Part shown: one piece after another, positions 9,203-18,123 of the stretch
How the letters are laid out: the number at the start of each line of letters is the position of its first letter
Position numbering within the stretch: position 1 is the first letter of the stretch
DNA from: Carnobacterium sp.
Lineage (GTDB): Bacteria; Bacillota; Bacilli; Lactobacillales; Carnobacteriaceae
Assembly (NCBI GenBank): GCA_020431645.1
Contig: JAGQHW010000003.1
Coordinates: 1-24,000 of the forward strand
Direction: 5' to 3'
Length of the DNA stretch: 24,000 bases
Program-made: the position numbers and the translations under genes
Notes under the pieces: generated by a model
What the model was told of the DNA's origin: nothing
The model's input: the letters and a program-made list of their open reading frames with translations, nothing else
Database searches by the model: none

Positions 9203-10240
9203 TTAAAGGGTTATCCCTCTTAAAATCTGATTGGCGGCACCTTCGTCTGTGATTAGCCACGTTTGGGAAGGTACATTTTTCATATGTGCTTCAATTGCTC
9301 TAGCTTTAGATTTTCCTCCTGCAACTGCGATCACACTTGGTATTCGTGTAAGATCTTTTGATTGCATACCAATACGTGGGATTTTATAAACAACTTCCCC
9401 AGTCTGGTTATAGAATTCTCCGAAAGCTTCACCAACTGCTGCTTTGTTTTTAATCAGAGCTAGAACTTCTTTGCTCATACCTCTGCGCTTTGCCATGTGT
9501 GTTGCATCTCCAATACTATAGAGAACACAGTTGGCTTGTTCAACCAGATCTAGCGTTTTTTTGATTTCTGGTTCTTTCAAGAGCGGCTTGTATGTTTCCT
9601 CGCTCACTTGTTCTGGTACATATAAAACACGGTTTTTTCCGCCTGTTTTCTTAGCCATCTTTGCACTAACAGCGTTGGCTTGAATGTCCACCGACTCACC
9701 TAATCCACCTCTAGCTGGTACAAAGAGTAATTCACGATGATAAGAAAGACTTTCATTCATGTGATTTGCAACTTCTGCCATCGTTGTCCCGCCCATAACT
9801 GCAATGATGTTCATTCCTTCAGGCAATAAAACTTTCAACGAATCCATTGTTGCACGCCCTAATTCATCTCGAACCTTGGGTTGCTCCTCAACATCCCCAG
9901 AAACAATCACACAATGTTCTATATTAAAATAGGTAGCTAATTGATTTTCTTTCTCTCGCATCCCCAATAATTGACCCATTATCTGATCTAAATCATGGTA
10001 GACAATTTCTCCACTTACGGTCAATTGCATGCCTACTTTAGATGTTTTAATTAAGCCCTGTCTTTTCAATGCGTCTACTTCAGTTCTTAGCACACGCTCA
10101 GTAATATCCATTTTGTCAGCCAACACTCTACGCCCAATAGGACCTAGCAAATAAACGTTGCGCAAAATTTGATACCTTCTCCTCAGCGTATCCATAATGT
10201 CCGGTGTAACTTTTTCTACGATAGACAATATATCCTGCAT
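9203..10240 (-). CDS. cggR: Central glycolytic genes regulator (SorC/DeoR family)
   Basis: 345 aa. It has an N-terminal HTH and a SorC-type sugar-binding domain, and it occupies the canonical position directly upstream of gap. Confidence 0.9.
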   Translation of the reverse strand: MQDILSIVEKVTPDIMDTLRRRYQILRNVYLLGPIGRRVLADKMDITERVLRTEVDALKRQGLIKTSKVGMQLTVSGEIVYHDLDQIMGQLLGMREKENQLATYFNIEHCVIVSGDVEEQPKVRDELGRATMDSLKVLLPEGMNIIAVMGGTTMAEVANHMNESLSYHRELLFVPARGGLGESVDIQANAVSAKMAKKTGGKNRVLYVPEQVSEETYKPLLKEPEIKKTLDLVEQANCVLYSIGDATHMAKRRGMSKEVLALIKNKAAVGEAFGEFYNQTGEVVYKIPRIGMQSKDLTRIPSVIAVAGGKSKARAIEAHMKNVPSQTWLITDEGAANQILRGITL

Positions 10241-10261
10241 GAGTTCCCTCTTCCTCGATGG

Positions 10262-10295
10262 GTCAACTAACGACCACGTGAGTCGTTGGGCGACC
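10262..10295 (-). promoter_or_regulatory. Putative CggR operator: tandem GTCR-N5-CGACC units with 20-bp phasing
   Basis: On the + strand, GTCAactaaCGACC (10262-10275) and GTCGttgggCGACC (10282-10295). On the minus strand this reads GGGTCG-N5-CGAC-N6-GGTCG-N5-TGAC. The layout is analogous to the B. subtilis CggR target (CGGGAC-N6-TGTC repeated in tandem) and sits between the promoter and the cggR ATG. Confidence 0.45.
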
Positions 10296-10415
10296 CTTAT
10301 TGACTAAAAAAACAAGAGATTTAAGTAAAACAAGACATTCAGTTAACTGTATGCTTTATTCTTGTTTTCCACTACAGTCTAAAAATATGCACTGCTTTTA
10401 TCCCTTACATCCACT

Positions 10416-10444
10416 ATTGTATCATTTACTCTTTTTACTTTCAA
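10416..10444 (-). promoter_or_regulatory. Putative sigma-A promoter of the cggR-gap operon: TTGAAA-17-TGaTACAAT
   Basis: On the minus strand, -35 TTGAAA corresponds to + strand 10439-10444 and -10 TACAAT to + strand 10416-10421. The spacer is 17 nt and there is an extended -10 TG. This implies a leader of about 170 nt. Confidence 0.45.
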
Positions 10445-10521
10445 GCTTTAAGGGTTAAATCAATGAATATTATCCGTATTTTTTTAGCTTGTTTAACTAA
10501 TAAATAAGAATCTCGCTTTTT

Positions 10522-10567
10522 GAACAAAAATAAAACCACTCAGCAGACAGTGTCTAATAAGTGGTTT
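10522..10567 (-). terminator. Rho-independent terminator of the heliorhodopsin-like gene
   Basis: Stem aaaccact (10533-10540) pairs with agtggttt (10560-10567). An inner agaca-g-tgtct hairpin is present. On the minus strand uauuuuuguu follows. Confidence 0.6.
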
Positions 10568-10589
10568 CACTTTTATTTGTTTAGTCTTC

Positions 10590-11375
10590 TTAACCGGGCT
10601 GCATAACTCCTGCAAACGCTAACCATGCCAAGGCAGACTTAGCAACTAAACTTAAGATAATATAGGCACGTTCCCCATAAAGATAGTTTTTCCAAGGTCC
10701 AACTTTTTTATACTGTAAAATCATATTTATTGGAAATAGATTAAAGAAAACAAAATAAGTTCCTGCCAAGGCATATACGAACCATGGAACTTCTGAAGGA
10801 TCAGCATTTCCAAATGCATATAACAAGATAACTATCCATGGAACGAATCCAGCGATTGTCCCAAAAATAAATGACTTCCAATCGGTTTTTTTTCTGTAGT
10901 AAGTCATTTCTTCCATAACTAAACCGAATAAATTCATTGTGGCATTAAGAACAAACATTAAGATAAGTGATCCGATGTCGTAAACACCAAACAACATAGC
11001 AATTAGAATAATCATCAACGATGAACTAATCGCGTATTCGTACCATCTAAAGCGGTTCATGTTTCTTTCCAAATCTTTGTTATATATTTTGTTCCCCCAA
11101 GGCGTCACAATAATGAAGTGTGCTAAGGCAGAAATAAATAAGAATAATGAAACCATTATTCCAAATGGCGCACTAAACAGCTCTTTTTCTTCCGTTAATA
11201 ATCTCATTTGAGTTGTATCGAATGTCAGGAAATAAGACCTGATAGGAATTTTGAAATTGGCAATCTTATCAATAAAAATAGCAAAACCGAGCATGAGGCT
11301 TCCTTGAACTAAGTGCAATAAGCCCATAATAATATTAAATCTTTTTAACGATTTGAAGTCTATTGCTTTGGCCAT
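10590..11375 (-). CDS. Heliorhodopsin-like 7-TM retinal-binding protein
   Basis: 261 aa with 7 hydrophobic segments. The blocks FRWYEYAISSSLMIILIA and GERAYIILSLVAKSALAW match, from memory, the hallmark TM3 and TM7 blocks of heliorhodopsin 48C12 (FRWVEYSLSSS..., GERAYIVLSLVAKSALAW). The putative Schiff-base Lys codon is AAG at 10638-10640. I moved the start to ATG 11375 (AAGGAG 8 nt upstream) because the track's ATG at 11414 has no RBS. Confidence 0.85.
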   Translation of the reverse strand: MAKAIDFKSLKRFNIIMGLLHLVQGSLMLGFAIFIDKIANFKIPIRSYFLTFDTTQMRLLTEEKELFSAPFGIMVSLFLFISALAHFIIVTPWGNKIYNKDLERNMNRFRWYEYAISSSLMIILIAMLFGVYDIGSLILMFVLNATMNLFGLVMEEMTYYRKKTDWKSFIFGTIAGFVPWIVILLYAFGNADPSEVPWFVYALAGTYFVFFNLFPINMILQYKKVGPWKNYLYGERAYIILSLVAKSALAWLAFAGVMQPG

Positions 11376-11518
11376 TAAAATCACTCCTTTTTTTAGTTGA
11401 ACTAGAACTTGCATTTTATTGCTCTAGTTCACTTTATTTATACTTTTTATTGCCTTAATTGTACACTTTTTTCTTACATATAACTATTTATATGTTTCGC
11501 TAGTTAAAATTCTACTAT

Positions 11519-12061
11519 CTATTTATTCGCTGAATTCAACTTGTTTTCAATTAAACTTTGTAATTCGTCGACTGTAATGTGCTCATCAAAAATCTCTTCT
11601 CCGATAAAAACCGATGGAACTAATTCTACATTAGCCCGAACAGCTTCTTCAATGATACCCGCTACTTGTTTTTCATTTGACTGTACTGTTAGGCCACGCT
11701 TCTCCTCAACATACGCTGCAATCTTATCGAGATTGTTCAAATTGCCCCATTCACCTTGTTTATCATAAAAGTACTCTATTTCTCTTAAAGCAGACTCAGG
11801 AGAAGAGTAATCTAGATAACGATGAACGACGTTTCCTTTCCTCAAATGAGGGGTCTCTTTATCGTAATGCTTAATGATTCGTTGTACCTTGCCTTCTTCT
11901 ACATATTTAGCTAAGAGCTCCTTCGAATCATTGTGCCATTTCTTACAAAAAGGGCAACTTACGTTAATAAATTCAATAACTTTAACTGGTGCATTAGGAT
12001 TCCCAATTTTTAATCCATAAATAGTTTCTACTTCTTTTGCTTTTATCTTGCTAATATCCAT
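11519..12061 (-). CDS. DsbA-family thioredoxin-fold protein (CPFC active site)
   Basis: 180 aa counted from ATG 12061 (RBS AAAGGGGA upstream); the track start at 12151 lacks an RBS. The redox motif is VSCPFCKKWH. There is no obvious signal peptide. Confidence 0.7.
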   Translation of the reverse strand: MDISKIKAKEVETIYGLKIGNPNAPVKVIEFINVSCPFCKKWHNDSKELLAKYVEEGKVQRIIKHYDKETPHLRKGNVVHRYLDYSSPESALREIEYFYDKQGEWGNLNNLDKIAAYVEEKRGLTVQSNEKQVAGIIEEAVRANVELVPSVFIGEEIFDEHITVDELQSLIENKLNSANK

Positions 12062-12162
12062 TGTAAAATCCCCTTTGCTCTTTAGTACTGTATAGTATAA
12101 AGAAAATTTGACATAAGTGTTACCATTTTGAATTATTTTCTTACAATTCATTTTTATCTCTT

Positions 12163-12202
12163 TTAGAAAAATAAAAGAGATGAAGGTTTATCCCCTCATC
12201 TC
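12163..12202 (-). terminator. Rho-independent terminator of clpP
   Basis: The minus-strand RNA gagaugagggg-auaaa-ccuucaucuc is followed by uuuuauuuuuc. Confidence 0.7.
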
Positions 12203-12210
12203 ACTTGTTC

Positions 12211-12807
12211 TTATCCTTTTAAATCTGAACTGTTTTCCATAATTTCGTCAATCAATCCGTATGCTTTAGAATCTTCAGCCGACATGTAGTTATCGCGATC
12301 TGTGTCACGTTCAATAACTTCAATCGGTTGACCAGTGCGCTCAGATAAGATTTTATTTAAACGAGCACGTGTTTTTAAAATATGACGTGCTGCAATTTCT
12401 ATTTCTGTCGCTTGTCCTTGCGCTCCACCAAGTGGCTGGTGAATCATTACTTCAGCATTCGGTAACGCATAACGTTTTCCTTTAGTTCCAGCTGTTAACA
12501 AGAAGCTTCCCATTGAAGCAGCCATTCCCATAGCGATCGTTTGAACATCTGCTTTAATAAAGTTCATTGTATCGTAGATAGCAAATCCAGCTGTTACGCT
12601 TCCTCCTGGAGAGTTGATATAAATATAAATATCTTTTTCCGGATCTTGAGCATCCAAAAATAATAATTGAGCGATTACTGAGTTTGCTACGTCATCATTG
12701 ATTTCTCCACTTAACATAATGATACGGTCTTTTAATAAACGAGAATAGATGTCGTATGCACGCTCGCCTCTTGATGATTGTTCTATTACTGTAGGGATTA
12801 AATTCAT
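12211..12807 (-). CDS. clpP: ATP-dependent Clp protease proteolytic subunit
   Basis: 198 aa. The motifs [23 protein letters not shown] (active-site Ser) and MIHQP are classic ClpP. The RBS is AAGGAGG. Confidence 0.97.
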   Translation of the reverse strand: MNLIPTVIEQSSRGERAYDIYSRLLKDRIIMLSGEINDDVANSVIAQLLFLDAQDPEKDIYIYINSPGGSVTAGFAIYDTMNFIKADVQTIAMGMAASMGSFLLTAGTKGKRYALPNAEVMIHQPLGGAQGQATEIEIAARHILKTRARLNKILSERTGQPIEVIERDTDRDNYMSAEDSKAYGLIDEIMENSSDLKG

Positions 12808-12878
12808 AACTTGTTTCCTCCTTAAAATGGTATTCTTTTGTATTGTAACATAAACTTCTTTTAGTCTTGCTATTTTGT

Positions 12879-12907
12879 ATTTTACCCTTTTGGTCAGCTA
12901 AGGTCAA
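12879..12907 (-). promoter_or_regulatory. Putative sigma-A promoter of clpP: TTGACC-17-TAAAAT
   Basis: On the minus strand, -35 TTGACC corresponds to + strand 12902-12907 and -10 TAAAAT to + strand 12879-12884, with an exact 17-nt spacer. Confidence 0.5.
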
Positions 12908-12908
12908 A
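12892..12908. promoter_or_regulatory. CtsR operator (heptad direct repeat) overlapping the clpP -35
   Basis: GGTCAGC-TAA-GGTCAAA compared with the consensus RGTCAAA-NAN-RGTCAAA. Confidence 0.65.
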
Positions 12909-13003
12909 TAATAGAATTGGTTCATAAAAAAGTAGTATTATTACTTATTATGAGTACAATTAAAGTACACTCACGTGAATGAATTAGTAAAAGGAGATTA
13001 AAC

Positions 13004-13324
13004 ATGGAGACGAGAAAAAATACTAACTCTTACTTTGACGGAGGATTATTTAGTTTTATCGGATGGAATCTTCTAGGATTAACGGTCACTGTATTTACTT
13101 TAGGAATTTGCTATCCTTGGGCATTATGTATGGTTTACGGTTGGAGAATTAATCATACCGTTATAGAAGGAAAAAGGATGAAGTTTATTGGTTCAGCAGT
13201 TGGATTATTTGGGCATTGGATTAAATGGTTCGTCTTATCCATTGTCACTTTTGGTTTCTATAGCTTTTGGGTTTCTATTAAACTAGAAGACTGGAAAGCA
13301 AGAAACACAGTATTTTTAAATTAA
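13004..13324 (+). CDS. Small membrane protein, DUF898/YjgN-like
   Basis: 106 aa, with RBS AAAGGAG 7 nt upstream. It has two repeats of the pattern F.G..F..W.L....T.G.Y.(P/F)W: FDGGLFSFIGWNLLGLTVTVFTLGICYPWA and FIGSAVGLFGHWIKWFVLSIVTFGFYSFWV. The family call was made by eye. Confidence 0.7.
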   Translation: METRKNTNSYFDGGLFSFIGWNLLGLTVTVFTLGICYPWALCMVYGWRINHTVIEGKRMKFIGSAVGLFGHWIKWFVLSIVTFGFYSFWVSIKLEDWKARNTVFLN

Positions 13325-13402
13325 CTAAACTAAATGACCTTATTGGACTTGCTATCAATAAGTAAGTCTAGTTTTTTATAACTATTCTCATTTTCAGAAC
13401 AA

Positions 13403-13453
13403 TAAAATAAAAAAGCACCTACTATCTCAAGAGACGAAAGTCTTCGATAGTGG
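13403..13453 (-). terminator. Probable terminator downstream of tRNA-Arg; may also serve the + strand gene
   Basis: An outer 8-bp stem (13419-13426 with 13446-13453) and an inner stem with a GAAA tetraloop (13436-13439). On the minus strand gcuuuuuuauuuuauu follows. Confidence 0.45.
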
Positions 13454-13518
13454 ATGTTTTATAAATCACTTTCAATGTCTGCACATACTGCTAAATAAAT
13501 GTTCATTCGTTTTACTAA

Positions 13519-13590
13519 TGCCTCCTGAGGGAATCGAACCCCCATCTCAAGAACCGGAATCTTACGTGCTATCCATTACACCAAGGAGAC
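13519..13590 (-). tRNA. tRNA-Arg (anticodon CCG)
   Basis: Folded by hand as a 72-nt cloverleaf: acceptor GTCTCCT/AGGAGGC, D stem GTGT/GCAC, anticodon stem TAAGA/TCTTG with loop TTCCGGT, T arm GGGGG-TTCGATT-CCCTC, discriminator A. The 3' CCA is not encoded. Confidence 0.9.
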
Positions 13591-13754
13591 AAACTAACCA
13601 TTCCTAACTCATTCATTTTAGCTGATATGCCACAAAAAAACAAGAGTATTAACTAACCTATTCTTTTTCGAACTCTAGGGTTAGACAGAAAATACTCTCA
13701 TTCTTTGTGTTACAATGCTAGTGTACCTATCATTATATCAAAGGAGGCCGCTAC

Positions 13755-15107
13755 ATGAATTTTGAACAATCTTTTTCTCAACAACAAAATCAAATTCAAA
13801 AAATGGCCATGACACACCAACTCCAACAGTCTATTCAGATGTTGCAATATAATCAAGAAGATTTACTGAGTTTTTTAAACCAAAAAGCTTTAGGAAATCC
13901 CTTAATTGAAGTAAGTGTTCCGCAGGAGCGGCCAATTGAAAACTTCCCAACAACCCTTACGTATAATCCAGAAGATGATGAAACGAACTATATGAATCAA
14001 ATTCCAGACACTTACTTGTCTTTATTTGAATATGTTTCTGAACAAATTCATTTAACTATGCGCGATACTCGTTTGAGAGAATTGGTCATATGGTTAAGTG
14101 AATACTTAGATACCAATGGCTATTTAACGATTACACTAGAAGAAGCTGAGCGGTTAACAAAAGCGCAACCACTTCAAATTCTTGATGCACTCGTTTTACT
14201 CCAACAGCTAGAACCAGGTGGCGTTGGGGCTAGAAATTTACAAGAGTGCTTAATGCTTCAAACAGAACGTCATGAAGATGCACCCAATATGGCTTATATT
14301 GTTTTAGAAGAAGAATTTGATCTTCTTACAACTCGCAAGTGGAAAGAAATTACTAGGAAATTAGATATCTCATTAAATGAAATACAATATATTTTTGATT
14401 TCATTCAAACACTAACTCCCTATCCAGGTGCACTATTCAATGGAGAAAAAGAACAATTCATCAAACCAGATTTATTTGTTGAAATAGATTCTAGAGAACT
14501 AAAAGTCATTTCTATTAAGTCTGGATTACCGATTATTACGTTTCAATCCTCTTACTTTGAGGATATGATGCAAGTAAAGGATAAAGATGTTACCCATTTT
14601 ATTAAAGAAAAACAAGCTGAATATGAATGGCTCCAGCGCAGTCTGACACAAAGAGGCGATACGATTTTACGTGTCGGAACAGCTATTGTAAAAAAACAAA
14701 AAGGGTTTTTCATTTTACCTGATCATCCTATTCAACCGTTAACTTTAAAAGATATAGCGACTGAACTTGATGTACATGAGTCAACCGTTAGCCGTTCGAT
14801 TAATGATAAATATTTAGAAACAACTTTCGGGATTTTTGAATTAAAACACTTTTTTACAAATGCTTTAAATGTCCTAGCATCAGAGGAATCAGCCTCTGAA
14901 TCATCTGAATTAGTTTCCACAAATGAAGTTAAAAAGAAATTAACCTATTTTATTGAGTCCGAAAACAAGCAAAAGCCTTTATCTGATCAAAAGTTAGCGG
15001 AGTTATTAGCAAAAGATGGAGTCGAAATATCACGCAGAACCGTTGCTAAGTACCGTGAAGCTCTTTTCATTCCAACCTCTCTCAATCGCAAACGTTTTGA
15101 AGAGTAA
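13755..15107 (+). CDS. rpoN: RNA polymerase sigma-54 factor
   Basis: 450 aa. It has a Gln-rich N-terminus (MNFEQSFSQQQNQIQKMAMT.QLQQSIQMLQ), an HTH (LKDIATELDVHESTVSR) and an RpoN box (ISRRTVAKYREAL). The RBS is AAGGAGG. Confidence 0.95.
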   Translation: MNFEQSFSQQQNQIQKMAMTHQLQQSIQMLQYNQEDLLSFLNQKALGNPLIEVSVPQERPIENFPTTLTYNPEDDETNYMNQIPDTYLSLFEYVSEQIHLTMRDTRLRELVIWLSEYLDTNGYLTITLEEAERLTKAQPLQILDALVLLQQLEPGGVGARNLQECLMLQTERHEDAPNMAYIVLEEEFDLLTTRKWKEITRKLDISLNEIQYIFDFIQTLTPYPGALFNGEKEQFIKPDLFVEIDSRELKVISIKSGLPIITFQSSYFEDMMQVKDKDVTHFIKEKQAEYEWLQRSLTQRGDTILRVGTAIVKKQKGFFILPDHPIQPLTLKDIATELDVHESTVSRSINDKYLETTFGIFELKHFFTNALNVLASEESASESSELVSTNEVKKKLTYFIESENKQKPLSDQKLAELLAKDGVEISRRTVAKYREALFIPTSLNRKRFEE

Positions 15108-15125
15108 CAATCGTTCTTAAAATAT

Positions 15126-15172
15126 AAAAACCTCGCAAACTGGTTATCACTAAACAGTTCGCGAGGTTTTTG
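15126..15172. terminator. Bidirectional rho-independent terminator between the convergent genes rpoN and whiA
   Basis: A 12-bp stem, cctcgcaaactg (15131-15142) with cagttcgcgagg (15155-15166), has 1 mismatch and is flanked by AAAAA and TTTTT. Confidence 0.8.
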
Positions 15173-15196
15173 ATTTTTTAAAATTTGAAACCAATC

Positions 15197-16141
15197 TTAA
15201 TGATTTACAGTAGGCTGATTTCTTAATTTTTCTGCTATTTCATTTATTCTACGTAGACGGTGATTAATCCCTGATTTACTAATTTGGCCACTAGGAATCA
15301 TCTCCCCTAGTTCTTTTAAAGAAACTTCAGGAGACTGAAGTCTTGCTAAAGCAATTTCTTGTAATTTATCTGGTAATTTATCTAGTCCCATTACATCATC
15401 AATGAATTTAATACTTTCTATCTGTTTGGTAGCTGCATCAATTACTTTATTTAAGTTCGCATTCTCACAATTTACCAAACGATTAACAGAATTTCGCATA
15501 TCTCGAACAATACGCACGTCTTCAAATTTCAACATCCCACTCGTTGCACCTATGAGCGCTAAAAAGTCAGCAATTTTTTCACCCTCTTTTAAATAAGTGA
15601 TGAATCCATTGCGTCTTTCTAATGTTCGAGCATTCATATCAAAGTAGTTCATCATTTGGCAGATATCATCATTGTGCTCAGTATAATTAGAATAGATTTC
15701 TAAATGGTACCGACTAGTCTCTGGGTTGTTAACCGAGCCACCAGCTAAAAAAGAGCCCCTCAAGTAAGAACGCATTTTTTGAGAGTTCGTCATAATCTCT
15801 TCTGGCACATGACTGTGTATAATCATCCCATCCATAATCGATAGATCAGATAAAACGGTTTGTGTTCCTCTTTTTAACCGCACAACGTAAACATTGTTTT
15901 TCTTTAATTTCATTTTCCGTCGAACCAATAATTCACTTTCAACAGAAAAATGATCTTTTAGCAGAATATAGATTCTTCTTGCAATTGCTGCATTTTCTGT
16001 TTGAATATTTAATACAAATTTTTTATTTACTAAACTAACCGTTCCGTTCATTCGAATTAATGCTGCTAATTCGGCTCTAGCATGTTCTCGATGAACTTCT
16101 AATTGGGTGAGTTCTTTTTTGACTTCCGAAGCATAGGACAC
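15197..16141 (-). CDS. whiA: DNA-binding protein WhiA
   Basis: 314 aa with a GTG start and AAAGGAGGT 8 nt upstream. [12 protein letters not shown]... is a typical WhiA N-terminus, and the C-terminus carries an HTH. Confidence 0.95.
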   Translation of the reverse strand: MSYASEVKKELTQLEVHREHARAELAALIRMNGTVSLVNKKFVLNIQTENAAIARRIYILLKDHFSVESELLVRRKMKLKKNNVYVVRLKRGTQTVLSDLSIMDGMIIHSHVPEEIMTNSQKMRSYLRGSFLAGGSVNNPETSRYHLEIYSNYTEHNDDICQMMNYFDMNARTLERRNGFITYLKEGEKIADFLALIGATSGMLKFEDVRIVRDMRNSVNRLVNCENANLNKVIDAATKQIESIKFIDDVMGLDKLPDKLQEIALARLQSPEVSLKELGEMIPSGQISKSGINHRLRRINEIAEKLRNQPTVNH

Positions 16142-16177
16142 TTATGTCTACCTCCTTTACCTTTCATCACTCATTCG

Positions 16178-17191
16178 TTAGGCTTTGGCATAGCGAATAC
16201 GATTTGTTTCATAAGCCAATCGGAATAATTCTTCTACCACTTTGTCTCCATCATGAAAAACTCCTTCATCTCTAAACAAAAGGAAATTATCTGAAATAAC
16301 ACGTGGTACTTCTTTCGATAAACCTGTAAAATTATGTGAAACTTGTACTAAGTACTCTTCGTATTTTACATAATTCACATAATCTTTAGGAACGTGTTCA
16401 GTATTAACCAATACCGTATCTATGAACCTTTTTCCTAAATGCTTATGCAAAACAGCTACATGGTCTGAGTCTGTAAAGTTTTCTGTTTCACCTAATTGAG
16501 TCATGATATTACAAATATAGACAACTTCAGCTTTCGTATCGACTACAGCTTGCCCCAAGTCCCCAATCATTAAATTAGGTAAAATGCTTGTAAATAAGCT
16601 ACCCGGTCCTAATACAACCATATCTGCTTCATGAATGGCTTTTAAAACTTCTCGAGAAGCCTTCACTTCATGATTGTCGTCATTCGCTGTAACATGGACT
16701 CTTTCAATTTTTTTACTTGCTTTTGCAATTTTAGATTCTCCAACAATCTTTGACCCATCTTCAAAAATAGCATGCAAAAGTAAAGGCTCTTCTGCTGCAG
16801 GATAAACATGTCCATCGACACCCATCATTTCTGCTAAAGTCTGAATCGCTTCAAAAATATTGCCTTGCATTTCTGCCATAGCAGCAATAACTAGATTTCC
16901 AATCGAATGACCCGCTAAAAAATTATCTTTCGTATCGAATCGATATTGAAAGATATCTTTATACTGTTCAGGCATATTAGAAAGGGAGAGCAAGACATTT
17001 CTAATATCTCCTGGAGGAACAACATTTGCATAATGGCGCAATGAACCACTACTACCACCGTCGTCTGCAACAGTCACAATGGCTGTGACATCTGCTTGTT
17101 TTGCCTTTAACCCTTGTAAAATAACAGGTAACCCGGTTCCGCCACCTATCACTACTATTTTAGGTCTTCTTACTTTTCTTTCAATCATCAT
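16178..17191 (-). CDS. yvcK: YvcK/GlmR family protein (CofD-like, gluconeogenesis factor)
   Basis: 337 aa. [18 protein letters not shown] is present. Its start overlaps the rapZ stop (ATGATGA), and it lies in the conserved yvcJ-yvcK-whiA arrangement. Confidence 0.9.
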   Translation of the reverse strand: MMIERKVRRPKIVVIGGGTGLPVILQGLKAKQADVTAIVTVADDGGSSGSLRHYANVVPPGDIRNVLLSLSNMPEQYKDIFQYRFDTKDNFLAGHSIGNLVIAAMAEMQGNIFEAIQTLAEMMGVDGHVYPAAEEPLLLHAIFEDGSKIVGESKIAKASKKIERVHVTANDDNHEVKASREVLKAIHEADMVVLGPGSLFTSILPNLMIGDLGQAVVDTKAEVVYICNIMTQLGETENFTDSDHVAVLHKHLGKRFIDTVLVNTEHVPKDYVNYVKYEEYLVQVSHNFTGLSKEVPRVISDNFLLFRDEGVFHDGDKVVEELFRLAYETNRIRYAKA

Positions 17192-18078
17192 GACCGGTTA
17201 ACCGTTTCTTTAATTTTTTCTTTATCGCGATGAGTAATGTGAACCGGATACCCATCCGTTGTGATTTTTTGTCCAATTCGCTCCGTAAGAGCTACTGAAC
17301 GGTGCTTTCCACCTGTACATCCAATGGCAATCGTAACGTTGTTTTTTCCTTCTTTTTTATAACCAGGTAAAATAACATCTAATAATTCAGTAAATTTACG
17401 GTAGAAAACTTCGGTTTCAGGCTGTTTCATAACGTATTCATACACAGGTTTATCCATACCTGTTAATGGCCTTAAACTATCTATATAATGAGGATTTGGT
17501 AAAAAACGAACATCCATGACTACATCTGCATCGATAGGCAGACCATATTTAAAGCCAAATGAAACCAACTCAATTCGGAATAAATCTGCTCCAGCTTTTT
17601 CATTAAATGTTGTCTGGATTTCTTCTCTTAATTTACGTGGCGTCAAATGACTCGTATTAATAACTTTTTGAGCACGTCCTTTAATTTCATTAAGCAATTC
17701 GCGTTCTTTTTTGATACCTTCTATTACTCGATCATTCATAGCTAAAGGATGTGTTCTTCTTGTTTCTTTATAACGAGAAACGAGTTCTTCGTCATCTGCT
17801 TCTAAAAATAAAATTTTTGTTGTGATGAAAGTCGTATTATCCATTCCTTCCAACGCAGTAATAATTTCATCAAAAAATGCGCGTGAACGTAAATCAATGA
17901 CTAATGCAATTTTAGTTAACTTTCCAGATTCTCTTACTAATTCCCAAAATTTAGGCAACAAACTTGGAGGCATATTATCTACACAAAAATAACCCATGTC
18001 TTCAAAGCTCTGCATGGCTACTGTCTTACCTGCACCACTCATACCTGTAATAATAACTAATTCTAAATTTTCTACCAT
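17188..18078 (-). CDS. rapZ: RapZ/YvcJ P-loop nucleotide-binding protein
   Basis: 296 aa counted from ATG 18078 (GGAGA about 9-10 nt upstream); the track's start at 18147 adds 23 aa that are probably not translated. P-loop GMSGAGKT is present. Confidence 0.9.
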   Translation of the reverse strand: MVENLELVIITGMSGAGKTVAMQSFEDMGYFCVDNMPPSLLPKFWELVRESGKLTKIALVIDLRSRAFFDEIITALEGMDNTTFITTKILFLEADDEELVSRYKETRRTHPLAMNDRVIEGIKKERELLNEIKGRAQKVINTSHLTPRKLREEIQTTFNEKAGADLFRIELVSFGFKYGLPIDADVVMDVRFLPNPHYIDSLRPLTGMDKPVYEYVMKQPETEVFYRKFTELLDVILPGYKKEGKNNVTIAIGCTGGKHRSVALTERIGQKITTDGYPVHITHRDKEKIKETVNRS

Positions 18079-18123
18079 TTTCGGCATTCTCCTTTGTGTT
18101 CTCATTCTGTGAGCACTTCTGTC

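Noticed and set aside
11376-11414. 13-codon N-terminal extension of the heliorhodopsin-like ORF (track start at 11414)
   Set aside because: There is no RBS before 11414. The ATG at 11375 has AAGGAG upstream and yields an MAK... N-terminus like known heliorhodopsins. The extension also overlaps a leader inverted repeat.
12062-12151. 30-codon N-terminal extension of the DsbA-like ORF
   Set aside because: The upstream ATG has no RBS. The ATG at 12061 is preceded by AAAGGGGA.
12695-12925. 76-aa minus-strand ORF overlapping the clpP start and promoter
   Set aside because: It overlaps the clpP N-terminus out of frame and covers the CtsR box and promoter. It has no RBS.
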